NCBI GenBank assembly: GCA_963803165.1
Contig: CAWDLK010000006.1
Span: 35 to 64,034, forward strand
Length of the DNA stretch: 64,000 bases
Reading direction: 5' to 3'
Source: an uncultured Chloroflexia bacterium
GTDB lineage: Bacteria; Chloroflexota; Dormibacteria; Aeolococcales; Aeolococcaceae
In this document: positions 1 to 8,190 of the stretch, in pieces
Numbering within the stretch: the first letter of the stretch is position 1
Layout: every line of letters begins with the position of its first letter
The notes under the pieces: generated by a model
What the model was told of the DNA's origin: nothing
Seen by the model: only the letters and a program-made list of their open reading frames with translations
Database searches by the model: none
Made by a program: the position numbers and the translations under genes

Positions 1-427
1 CTGTGACCGCCGCCTGGTCGCCTACATGAGCACGGCCCGGATCCAGGAGCCGTGGGAGGCGCGGCCCCGGGTGCTGGTCCTGGTCCCACCCCGCCCCGGT
101 CAGGAGGCGGTCATCCGCCGAGCCGCCGCGCACGCCGTGCGGCGCGACGACGCCCTCACGGCGGTCTCGGTGCGGCGGAAGCCGCGGAGCGACGAGGAGA
201 AGCGCCTGCTCGGAGGCTACGCCACCCTCACCCACCAGCTGGCCGGCGACTTCGTGACCATCGACGGCCGCGACGTCGCCACCACCGTCGCCGAGTACGC
301 TCGCGGCCACCGGATCACCGAGATCCTGGTGATGCGGAGCACCCGGAACAGCAGCTCCCGGACCCTCCGCAGCCTGATCCGGCTGGTGGCCAACGTCGAC
401 GTGCACGTGGTCGCCGCCGGCGACTGA
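1..427 (+). CDS. KdpD N-terminal sensor / universal-stress-protein (USP) domain protein, 5'-truncated by window edge (frame continues from nt 2)
   Basis: Translation ...RVLVLVPPRPGQEAVIRRAAAHAVRRDDALTAVSVRR...ATTVAEYARGHRITEILVMRS matches the Usp-like domain that follows the KdpD N-terminal domain. The ORF is open to the window start. Confidence 0.55.
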   Translation, partial: CDRRLVAYMSTARIQEPWEARPRVLVLVPPRPGQEAVIRRAAAHAVRRDDALTAVSVRRKPRSDEEKRLLGGYATLTHQLAGDFVTIDGRDVATTVAEYARGHRITEILVMRSTRNSSSRTLRSLIRLVANVDVHVVAAGD

Positions 428-438
428 GGTCGGCGGGG

Positions 439-1623
439 TCAGGCGGCGGGGAGGGTGAAGGCGAACCGCGCCCCCTCGCCGGTCTCCGGATCCTCGATCC
501 ACACCCGGCCGGCGTGGGCCTCGACCAGGCCCCGCACGATCGCCAGCCCCAGGCCGGTGCCGCCCGCTGCCGGCCCCGCGACACCCTCGCCGGCGCCGCC
601 CTCGGTCACGCCCCGGACAAACCGCTCGAAGATCAGCTCGCGCTGATCAGCGGGCACCCCGGGCCCGCGGTCGATTACCCGCACCACGACCATCGAGCGC
701 TTGCCCGGCGCCGCCGTGACCGTGAGGGGAGTCCCCGCGGGGCCGTGACGGTCGGCGTTCTGGAGGAGGTTGTCGAGGATCTGGCCGAGCCGGTCCCAGT
801 CGGCCAGCACCTCCAGCCCGTCCGGCGGAAGGTGGAGCTCGACTGGACGTTGGGGCGAGGCGAGTCGGAGCCGTCCGGAGGCCGCCTCCAGCGCCTCTCC
901 GAGGTCGATCTCCACCGCGTCGAGGGTGAGGGCGTGGGCCTCGATCCTGGCCATGTCGAGAAGGTCGGAGACGAGACGCTCCAGGCGGCGGGCCTCGCCG
1001 ATGATGGAGTCCATCTCGGCGCGCACCGAGCTGGCGAGATGGGGGCGCTCGAGCAGGTCGGTGGCGCCGGTGAGGATGCTGGCGAGCGGGGTCCGCAGCT
1101 CGTGGGAGACGTTGGCGAGCAGGTCGGTGCGCAGCCGATCCGATGCCTCCAGCACCCGCACCTGCTGCTCGGTCTGGGCCAGCCGCACCGCCACCGCAGC
1201 GGCCTCCGCCTGCTCCCGCTCCAGCCGCTCCATCTCGGCGTTGGTGTGGCGCAGCCGGGCCGCCAGCCCCTCCGCCTCGATCTGGGAGCGGCGGCGCCCC
1301 GAGCCCACGCCTCCGGCGACGGCGGCGACGGTGACGAACACCACCAGGTCGACCAGGTCGCGGGCGTCGGCGATGGTCAGCGTGTGAAAGGGGGGTACGA
1401 AGAAGTAGTCGACGAGCAGGAAGCTGAGCGCGGCGCCGGCGAGGGCGGAGCGCAAACCGCTGAGGGTCCCGAGCACCGCCACCAGGGCGACGTAGACGAA
1501 CACGTAGTCGCGTGCCGTCCCCGGACCGGGCAGGCTGAGCAGCGCGGTGATGGCGATGGGCCCGCCGATCGCCCCCACCACTGCGGCGATGGTGGGGAGA
1601 TGGCCGCGCCGGCTGCTCGCCAT
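439..1623 (-). CDS. kdpD: sensor histidine kinase, KdpD C-terminal module (DUF4118 membrane domain + HisKA + HATPase_c)
   Basis: The listed ORF 439..2121 has a junk Arg/Pro-rich N-terminus, so I place the start at the internal ATG at 1623 (MASSRRGHLPTIAAV...). It encodes a 4-TM DUF4118-like block, the H-box SHELRTPLASI and a G-box GTGLGLAIVRGLVEAHAGRVW. Confidence 0.7.
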   Translation of the reverse strand: MASSRRGHLPTIAAVVGAIGGPIAITALLSLPGPGTARDYVFVYVALVAVLGTLSGLRSALAGAALSFLLVDYFFVPPFHTLTIADARDLVDLVVFVTVAAVAGGVGSGRRRSQIEAEGLAARLRHTNAEMERLEREQAEAAAVAVRLAQTEQQVRVLEASDRLRTDLLANVSHELRTPLASILTGATDLLERPHLASSVRAEMDSIIGEARRLERLVSDLLDMARIEAHALTLDAVEIDLGEALEAASGRLRLASPQRPVELHLPPDGLEVLADWDRLGQILDNLLQNADRHGPAGTPLTVTAAPGKRSMVVVRVIDRGPGVPADQRELIFERFVRGVTEGGAGEGVAGPAAGGTGLGLAIVRGLVEAHAGRVWIEDPETGEGARFAFTLPAA

Positions 1624-1664
1624 GGCCCGAGATTGTGGGCTCCGCGACGGGGACCCTGCGGCAG

Positions 1665-2024
1665 CTAGACGGGTCGGGTGCCGTCCAGCTCCCGGCCCAG
1701 CGCGCGATCGCGAAGGCGCAGGCGGCGCGCCCGCAGCGCCCGCCGGAGGCCGCCGACCAGGGGCACCGCCGCGAGCGCCACGAGCAGGGCGACCCCGAAG
1801 GCGGTCCAGCCGAGCCAGCTCGGGCCCAGCACCAGCGCCGGGGTCCCGGCGGCGAGCAGCCCGGCGAAGAGGCAGGCGAGGAGGGCGACGGCCACGAAAC
1901 GGCCGGCGATCGCCGCCGGCTCCCGCACCGACGCCACCCTGGATCGGATCGCCTGGGCGTCGACGGCGGGACCGCCTCCCGGCCGGGGACGGACGGCTCG
2001 CCGAGCGACGAGGGCCAGCAGCAT
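1665..2024 (-). CDS. hypothetical small membrane protein
   Basis: This is the internal Met of listed ORF 1665..2390 (MLLALVARRAV...). Two predicted TM helices are followed by an Arg-rich tail. It overlaps a plus-strand gene in another frame and could be a GC artefact. Confidence 0.2.
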   Translation of the reverse strand: MLLALVARRAVRPRPGGGPAVDAQAIRSRVASVREPAAIAGRFVAVALLACLFAGLLAAGTPALVLGPSWLGWTAFGVALLVALAAVPLVGGLRRALRARRLRLRDRALGRELDGTRPV

Positions 2025-2162
2025 CCGGGTGAGCCAGCTCCAGGGCACGATCCCATGGTACGAAGGCCGCGAGGCGGCGAGGGTGGGCGGCGGCGCACCG
2101 CCTCGGAGGGGGCCGAGGCACCGTGGTACATTCGCCGCGCAGTTCGCGAAGGGAGGAAGCAG

Positions 2163-2393
2163 ATGGTCCGCGCCTACGTCCTCATCGGTGCCACCGCCGG
2201 CAAGGCGCTGGAGGTGGCCAGGAAGCTTCAGGGTCAGGACGGGATCGTCAAGGCCGACGCCATCACCGGCGAGTACGACGTGATCGCCGAGGTGCAGGCG
2301 GCGGACATCGCGGCCATCGGCAAGCTGATCGTCGAGAAGGTCCAGGCGGCCGACGGCGTCTTCAAGACCATCAGCTGCCTGGTGATCCAATAG
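2163..2393 (+). CDS. stand-alone Lrp/AsnC-type RAM (regulation of amino-acid metabolism) domain protein, 76 aa
   Basis: MVRAYVLIGATAGKALEVARKLQGQDGIVKADAITGEYDVIAEVQAADIAAIGKLIVEKVQAADGVFKTISCLVIQ has the typical AsnC C-terminal fold signature. A GGGAGGAAG RBS lies 3 nt upstream of ATG 2163. Confidence 0.6.
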   Translation: MVRAYVLIGATAGKALEVARKLQGQDGIVKADAITGEYDVIAEVQAADIAAIGKLIVEKVQAADGVFKTISCLVIQ

Positions 2394-2440
2394 GGGAGCC
2401 CGCGGCGGCCGGCGCGCGGGCCTCGGGCTTCGCCGGCCTG

Positions 2441-3256
2441 ATGGCGGAGTCGGTGGCCCGGCTGCGGGGCAGCTCGAGGCTGCGCCGCTCGCTGCTCGCC
2501 TGGGCCGCCCTCGGGCTCGCCACCAGCGAGGCCTTCAGCCTCGCCGTCGCCCACCTCCACGGCGGGGGCGAGCTCACCGCCGGGCTCGCCACCCTCGCGG
2601 TCTGGCTGGCGGTGGCGCTGGTCATGGCCGGCGGGGCGGCCATGCTGGTCCATCCCGACGGGACCGCCGTCGACGCCTACGGCGTGCCCAACGGGCTCTC
2701 CGCGCTCCGGGCCTGGCTCTGTCCCTCCCTCCTGCTCTGCACCACCTGGTCGCTGCCGGACCGGCTCGGGCTGCTGCTCTGGATCTTCGTGGGCGGCTCG
2801 GTGGGGATGCTCGACGCCGTGGACGGCTGGGTCGCCCGCCGCTTCGGGCCGGTGACCCAGCTCGGCAAGGCGATCGACCCGGGCACCGACGCCCTCTACT
2901 TCAGCGTGGCCGCGGTCGGCAACATCGCCCTCGGCATCTTCACCTGGTGGCTGGCCGCGCTGATCCTGGTGCGCTACCTCGGCCCTCTCCTGCTCACCCC
3001 CGCGGTCTTCCTGCTGCGCCGCCGTCCCGAGCTGGTGCGCACCCGGTGGGGTCGCTACAACACCATCCTCACCGGGCTCGTGCTCCTCGTCTGCATGCTG
3101 GTCAAGGTGGCGGGCGGGCCGGTCGTCGTCGTCAACCTGGTGGTCGGCCTGCCCCTGCTGGTCCCCACCGCCCTGCTCCACTTCGGCGCCCTGGCCCAGC
3201 GGGTCGCCACCGCGCCCCGGGTGCCTCGGGGGTCTCCTCCCGTCCGCGATCCATAA
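2441..3256 (+). CDS. CDP-alcohol phosphatidyltransferase family protein
   Basis: Signature DAVDGWVARRFGPVTQLGKAIDPGTDAL (D-G-x2-A-R-x8-G-x3-D-x3-D) in a multi-TM protein. Confidence 0.7.
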   Translation: MAESVARLRGSSRLRRSLLAWAALGLATSEAFSLAVAHLHGGGELTAGLATLAVWLAVALVMAGGAAMLVHPDGTAVDAYGVPNGLSALRAWLCPSLLLCTTWSLPDRLGLLLWIFVGGSVGMLDAVDGWVARRFGPVTQLGKAIDPGTDALYFSVAAVGNIALGIFTWWLAALILVRYLGPLLLTPAVFLLRRRPELVRTRWGRYNTILTGLVLLVCMLVKVAGGPVVVVNLVVGLPLLVPTALLHFGALAQRVATAPRVPRGSPPVRDP

Positions 3257-3266
3257 TCGGTCCTCC

Positions 3267-4295
3267 GTGCGAGCTGTCATCAAGACGTCCCCCCGTCCCG
3301 GCATCTCCATCAGCGACGTGGACGAACCCACCGCCGGTCCCGGCGAGGTGCTGCTCCGGGTGGCCGCCGCCTCGATCTGTGGGACCGACATCCACCTCTT
3401 CGACTGGAACCCCTGGGCCCAGGCGCGGGTCCACCTGCCCCGGGTCATGGGCCACGAGATCTGCGGCGAGGTGGTGGCGCTCGGCCCGGGGGCGGAGGGC
3501 CGGGCGCGGGTGGGCGACCGGGTGGCGGTCGAATCCCACCTCGTCTGCCACCGCTGCCCCGAGTGTCTCCGCGGCGACTTTCACGTCTGCGCCCACACCC
3601 GGATCATCGGGGTCGACGCCGACGGCGGCTTCGCCGGGCTGGTCGCCGTCCCCGCCGAGAACGCCTGGCCGGTGGGTCCCGAGACCACCCCCGAGGTGGC
3701 CGCGGCCATGGAGCCGTTCGGCAACGCGGTCCACGCCTGCTCCTACGGGGAGATGGCGGGGGCGACCGTCGCCGTCTTCGGCTGCGGCCCGATCGGCTGC
3801 GCCGCGGTGGCGGTGGCCAAGGCGCGGGGGGCGGCGCGGGTCGTCGCGGTCGAGCCCAACCGGTACCGGCTGGAGCTCGCCGGGCGGATGGGTGCCGACG
3901 CCCTGGTGGAGGCCGGGCCGGGGAGCGCTGAGGCGGAGGTCCGCCGTGCCGCCGGTGGTGCGGTGGACTGCGCCCTGGAGATGAGCGGCGCGCCGGTGGC
4001 GGTGGTCGCCGCCACCCGCGTGGTCCGCTCCGGTGGCTGGGTCTCGCTGCTCGGCATCGGCGACGCGCCCACCACGCTCGATCTCTCCCCGGACGTGGTG
4101 ATGCGCGGGGTGACCCTCTTCGGGGTGACCGGTCGCCGCCTCTACGCCACCTGGGAGGAGACCTCCGCCCACCTGCGCAGCGGTGCCATCGACGCGGCGG
4201 CGCTGATCACCCACCACTTCGCGATGGCCGACATCGAGGAGGCGATCCGGCTCATCAAGTCGGGGCGCTGTGGCAAGGTGTCCCTCACCCCATGA
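3267..4295 (+). CDS. tdh: L-threonine 3-dehydrogenase (Zn-dependent MDR family)
   Basis: GTG start. Contains ICGTDIHLFDW, GHEICGEVVALG, the structural Zn Cys cluster CHRCPECLRGDFHVC and the GCGPIGC NAD motif. Its stop overlaps the kbl start (ATGA). Confidence 0.85.
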   Translation: MRAVIKTSPRPGISISDVDEPTAGPGEVLLRVAAASICGTDIHLFDWNPWAQARVHLPRVMGHEICGEVVALGPGAEGRARVGDRVAVESHLVCHRCPECLRGDFHVCAHTRIIGVDADGGFAGLVAVPAENAWPVGPETTPEVAAAMEPFGNAVHACSYGEMAGATVAVFGCGPIGCAAVAVAKARGAARVVAVEPNRYRLELAGRMGADALVEAGPGSAEAEVRRAAGGAVDCALEMSGAPVAVVAATRVVRSGGWVSLLGIGDAPTTLDLSPDVVMRGVTLFGVTGRRLYATWEETSAHLRSGAIDAAALITHHFAMADIEEAIRLIKSGRCGKVSLTP

Positions 4296-5513
4296 CCGCG
4301 CTCCCCCACCGGTCCGAGGCCGTCGAGGCGCTCGACCGGTCGCTCGCCCAGGACCTCGACCGGCTCCGCGAGGAGGGCCTCTTCCGGCCGCTCCGGGTGC
4401 TCGAGTTCCCGCAGGGGCACGAGGTCACCATCGCCGGCAGGCGGCTGATCAACCTGAGCAGCAACAACTACCTCGGCCTCAACACCCATCCCCGCCTGAT
4501 CGAGGCCTTCGTCGAGGGGGCTCGCCAGTGGGGCGCCGGCACCGGAGCGGTGCGCACCATCGCCGGCACCCAGTCGGTGCACGAGCAGCTCGAGGCACGG
4601 ATCGCCGAGTTCAAGAGGACCGAGGCGGCGCTCAGCTTCCAGAGCGGGTACACGGTCAACGTCGGCGTGCTCGGAGCCCTGCTCGAGGAGGGCGACGTGG
4701 TGGTGAGCGACAAGCTCAACCACGCCTCCATCATCGACGGCATCCGGCTCACCAGGGCCGAGCGGATCCTCTACGAGCACTGCGACCTCGACGACGCCGA
4801 GCGCGCCCTCGCCGAGGCGCAGGCCAAGGGGTACCGGCGCATCCTCCTGGTCACCGACGGCGTGTTCTCGATGGATGGGGACATCGCCCCCCTGCCCGGG
4901 CTGGTGGAGCGCGCCGAGCATCACGGCGCGGCGGTGATGGTCGACGACGCCCACGCCACCGGCGTGCTCGGCGAGCACGGCCGGGGGACCACCGACCACT
5001 TCGGGCTGCACGGGCGGGTGGCGCTCAACATCGGCACCCTCTCCAAGGCCGTGGGCGTGGTCGGGGGCTACGTCGCGGCCAGCCAGACGGTGCGCGACCA
5101 TCTGATCCACCGGGCCCGCCCGTTCCTCTTCTCCTCCAGCCATCCCCCCGCAGTGGCGCTCGCCTGCACCGCCGCCCTCGACGTGCTCGAACTCGGAGCC
5201 CGAGCTGATCGAGCGGCTCTGGGACAACACCCGCCGCTTCAAGCGGGGACTCTCGGCGCTGGGTTTCGACACCGGCACCAGCGAGACCCCGATCACCCCC
5301 GTGATGTGCGGCGAGGCGCCGGTGGCCATGCAGCTCTCCGACCTGCTCATGGAGCGCGGCGTCTTTGCCCAGGGGATCGGCTTCCCGACCGTGCCGCGCG
5401 GCAGGGCCCGGGTCCGCACCATCGTCACCGCCACCCACAGCCCCGAGGAGCTGGATCGGGCACTGGAAGCCTTCGCCGACGCCGGCCGCCGGCTTGGACT
5501 GGTCCGGGGGTGA
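4292..5513 (+). CDS. kbl: 2-amino-3-ketobutyrate CoA ligase (glycine C-acetyltransferase), with an apparent +1 frame break near 5193-5199
   Basis: N-terminal 300 aa in frame 2 (NNYLGL, SGYTVNVG, PLP Lys region TLSKAVGVVGGYVA). The conserved C-terminus EPELIERLWDNTRRFKRGLSALGFDTG...GIGFPTVPRGRARVRTIVTATHSPEELDRALEAFA continues in frame 0 (listed ORF 5301..5513). Confidence 0.75.
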
Positions 5514-5591
5514 GCCGGGAGGAGGTGATGGCGCCGCGTCCGCCGAGCGTCGTCGTCGCCGGCGGACCCGCGCACCCCTTCCGTAACGGGT

Positions 5592-6287
5592 GTGGAGCAC
5601 TCGGCTTCTGCTGGGTGGCTCCTCAGCGAGGGAGGCGCTGATATCGCACGCCGCACCGACGCCGAGCTCGAGGAGGAGCGCCAGCTGATCCTGGCCGCGC
5701 AGCGGGACCGGGCGGCGTTCGCGCCGCTCTACGAACGCTACGTGGATCAGATCTTCGCCTACACCTACACCCTCACCAGGGACCGGGAGCTCGCCGAGGA
5801 CGTGACCGCCGCCACCTTCGCCAAGGGACTTGAGGAGCTGCCGCGCTTCGAATGGCGCGGCGTCCCCTACTCGTCCTGGCTCTACCGCGTCGCCTCCAAC
5901 CTGGTCGCCCGCCAGCGGCGCCGGCCGGGTTGGATCGAGCTCGGCCCGGGGGTGGCGAGCGGCGATGCGTCGCCGCTGGAGGAGGTCGAGAGGCGGGACC
6001 GCGCCGCGGAGGTCCGGGCCGCGGTCCGTGCGCTGCCCGACGACCAGCGCCAGGCGGTGGCACTGCGCTTCGCCGGCGAGATGCACAATCGTGAGATCGC
6101 CGAGATCATGGGGCGCAGCGAGGGGGCGGTGAAGCTGCTCACCTTCCGGGCGCTGACCACCCTGCGCAAGCGGTTCGGAGCGCCCCTGCCCAGCGAGAAC
6201 GCCCGCCGGGGAGCGGGACCCGGAGCGGAGCCGCGCTGGCCGCAGTCCACCATCCTCCCGCCGGAGCACACCGAGGGCCGGGCATGA
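5592..6287 (+). CDS. ECF-type RNA polymerase sigma factor (sigma-70 regions 2 and 4)
   Basis: Region 2 FAPLYERYVDQIFAYTYTLTRDRELAEDVTAATFAK, region 4 QRQAVALRFAGEMHNREIAEIMGRSEGAVKLLTFRA. The start is uncertain: GTG 5592 is the listed start, and a GAGGGAGG RBS sits at 5628-5635. Confidence 0.75.
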   Translation: MEHSASAGWLLSEGGADIARRTDAELEEERQLILAAQRDRAAFAPLYERYVDQIFAYTYTLTRDRELAEDVTAATFAKGLEELPRFEWRGVPYSSWLYRVASNLVARQRRRPGWIELGPGVASGDASPLEEVERRDRAAEVRAAVRALPDDQRQAVALRFAGEMHNREIAEIMGRSEGAVKLLTFRALTTLRKRFGAPLPSENARRGAGPGAEPRWPQSTILPPEHTEGRA

Positions 6288-6634
6288 TCGACGACGTCGA
6301 GCGGCTCGATGCCGCGCTCAACCGCCAGCGGATCGGCGCCAGCGTGGAGGATCTCGCGTCCCCGCTCCGCGGACTGGTCGAGCTGGCCGCGGAGATCGGT
6401 GAGGCGTACCGCGCGAACTCCCTCACGCCCGCCGACCGCGAACGCATCTACACCGAGACGATGGCGCGGCTGGAGGCTGCCCTGGCGACCCGCCGCCATC
6501 TCTGGGAGCGGCTCGACGGCCGCGGCGTCGCGGTGATCGGAGGCGCCGCCGCGGTGACCGCGGTGGTGGCGACCATCGGGGTGCGCGCGATCATGGGCCG
6601 GCGCAGCCATCGCCTCCACCTGGCGGCGACCTAG
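6284..6634 (+). CDS. putative anti-sigma factor / sigma-associated small protein
   Basis: Overlaps the sigma factor stop (ATGA), which indicates translational coupling. It has a C-terminal hydrophobic helix AVIGGAAAVTAVVATIGV. No recognisable domain. Confidence 0.4.
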   Translation: MIDDVERLDAALNRQRIGASVEDLASPLRGLVELAAEIGEAYRANSLTPADRERIYTETMARLEAALATRRHLWERLDGRGVAVIGGAAAVTAVVATIGVRAIMGRRSHRLHLAAT

Positions 6635-6975
6635 AGCCTCACGGTCGCTCGGCGCGCAGCGGCCTCGCCGAGCCGGGCCGCCGGCTTCGCGATACAGTCG
6701 GATCATGGCCGCCCGTGACGACCCCGACTCTCTCGACGACCGCGAACGCGCGCGCAACCGCCGGCGCGACCGCAGGCGGCGCCCCCGGATGGTCGTCGAC
6801 AACGCAGGGGTGAAGCGCGTCCTCCAGGCCCTCGCCCTGCGGCGCCGGCCGGTCGCGCCGGAGCGGGCGGAGCCCCCGGAGGGACCGCCGGTCAGCTGAC
6901 CCGGGTCCGGCTCGTCGACTGCAACAGGACGGCGCCTCCCGGCCGGGTCCCACGCGCGTATCCCACAATGGGCCG

Positions 6976-8187
6976 ATGGCCGATCCCGGCGACCCGGCGC
7001 CGCCGCCCGCGGGCACCGGCCCGCCGCCGGGTTACGGCCCGCCCCCCGGTTACGGCCCGCCCCCCGGTTACGGCCCGCCCCCCGGCTACGGCCCGCCGCC
7101 CGGTTACGGCCCGCCGCCGGGCTACGGACCGCCTCCCGGCTACGGACCGCCTCCCGGCTACGGCCCTCCCCCCGGCTACGGTGTGCCGCCCGGTTACGGT
7201 CCGCCCCCCGGCTACGGCTCGCCCCCTGGCTACGGCCCGCCTCCCGGCTTCGGCCCGCCCGGCGGGGTCCCCACCTGGGCATGGGCACCGCCGGTCACGG
7301 GGTCGGGCCGGTTCCGGGCGCAGTCGTTCGGTGAGCTGCTCGACTCGACGTTCACCGTCTACCGGCGCCGGTTCCTGCCGATCCTCGCGATCATGGCCGT
7401 CTTCGAGCTGCCCTACCTCGCGGTGCAGTTCTTCGGTGAGCGCTCGCCGCTGGCGACGATCCTCACCATCTCCTCCGAGAGCCAGACGCTGAGCCCGGCC
7501 GCCCTCCAGAGCGACCTGGGCAGCCTCGTCGCCGCCGCGCTCGTGGTCTTCGCCATCACCCTCGGCTTCTACATCCTGCTCCTGCCCCTGGCCCAGGGCG
7601 CGGTGATCCGGGTGGTCGGGGACGAGTACCTGGACCGCTCCACCAGCGTGGGAGCGGGGCTGGGGACCGCGCTGCGCCGGGTCCGCGGCCTGATCGGCTA
7701 CGTCCTGCTCGAGCTGGCCGTGGGGGTCGGTCCGCTGGCGCTGGCCGTCGCCCTCGCTGTGCTGGTCGGCGGGTACGCGGGCGCGGGCCTGCTGGTCGTG
7801 CTCTCCCTCGGCTGGGTTGTTTATGCCATCTTCGTCTTCATCAAGATGAGCCTGGGGATCCAGGCCGTGGTGCTGGAGCACCGCTCCCCGGCCGCCGCGT
7901 TGCGGCGCAGCTGGCAGCTGACCACGGGCTCGTTCTGGCGGATCGTGCTGGGTTACCTGGTCATCAACGTGGCGAGCGCGGTCCTGAGCGGCATCCTCAG
8001 CGGGCTCGCCGGCATCTTCATCAGCGCCGCCCCCGTCATCACGCAGGCATCGGTGCAGCTGGTCACGACGGGCGTCATCGACATCATCACGGCCCCCTTC
8101 CTCCTGATCCTGCTCACCCTGATCTACTACGACATCCGGATCCGCCGCGAGGCCTTCGACATCGAGATGCTCGCCCAGTCGCTCTGA
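6976..8187 (+). CDS. multi-pass membrane protein (YciC/DUF975-like) with an N-terminal 13x PPGYG proline-rich repeat
   Basis: N-terminus MADPGDPAPPPAGTG(PPPGYG)x13, followed by 6-7 predicted TM helices. It is the first gene of the DUF4129-DUF4350-MoxR-DUF58 operon. Confidence 0.65.
   Translation: MADPGDPAPPPAGTGPPPGYGPPPGYGPPPGYGPPPGYGPPPGYGPPPGYGPPPGYGPPPGYGPPPGYGVPPGYGPPPGYGSPPGYGPPPGFGPPGGVPTWAWAPPVTGSGRFRAQSFGELLDSTFTVYRRRFLPILAIMAVFELPYLAVQFFGERSPLATILTISSESQTLSPAALQSDLGSLVAAALVVFAITLGFYILLLPLAQGAVIRVVGDEYLDRSTSVGAGLGTALRRVRGLIGYVLLELAVGVGPLALAVALAVLVGGYAGAGLLVVLSLGWVVYAIFVFIKMSLGIQAVVLEHRSPAAALRRSWQLTTGSFWRIVLGYLVINVASAVLSGILSGLAGIFISAAPVITQASVQLVTTGVIDIITAPFLLILLTLIYYDIRIRREAFDIEMLAQSL
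7018..7251 (+). repeat. 13 tandem copies of an 18-nt unit GGCCCGCC(G/C)CC(G/C)GG(T/C)TAC encoding PPGYGP
   Basis: Read directly from the sequence. Copies differ only at wobble positions, and the last copy encodes PPGFG. Confidence 0.9.
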
Positions 8188-8190
8188 GCC

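Noticed and set aside
1635-2393. Long listed ORFs overlapping real genes in other frames or strands, e.g. 1635-2393(+), 52-1668(+), 647-2131(-), 5882-7288(-), 6892-9075(-), 10017-11198(-), 13394-15703(+), 34166-35728(-), 39999-41642(-), 41784-44825(-), 47530-49638(-), 49561-51927(+)
   Set aside because: Translations are Arg/Gly/Pro/Ala-rich low-complexity strings with no domain signatures. This is typical of stop-codon-poor alternative frames in 70% GC DNA, and each is fully shadowed by a well-supported gene.
6705-6899. 64-aa Arg-rich ORF (MAARDDPDSLDDRERARNRRRDRRRRPRMVV...) in the sigma to PPGYG intergenic region
   Set aside because: No RBS, extreme composition and no conservation cues. Most likely a GC artefact, though a small basic protein cannot be excluded.
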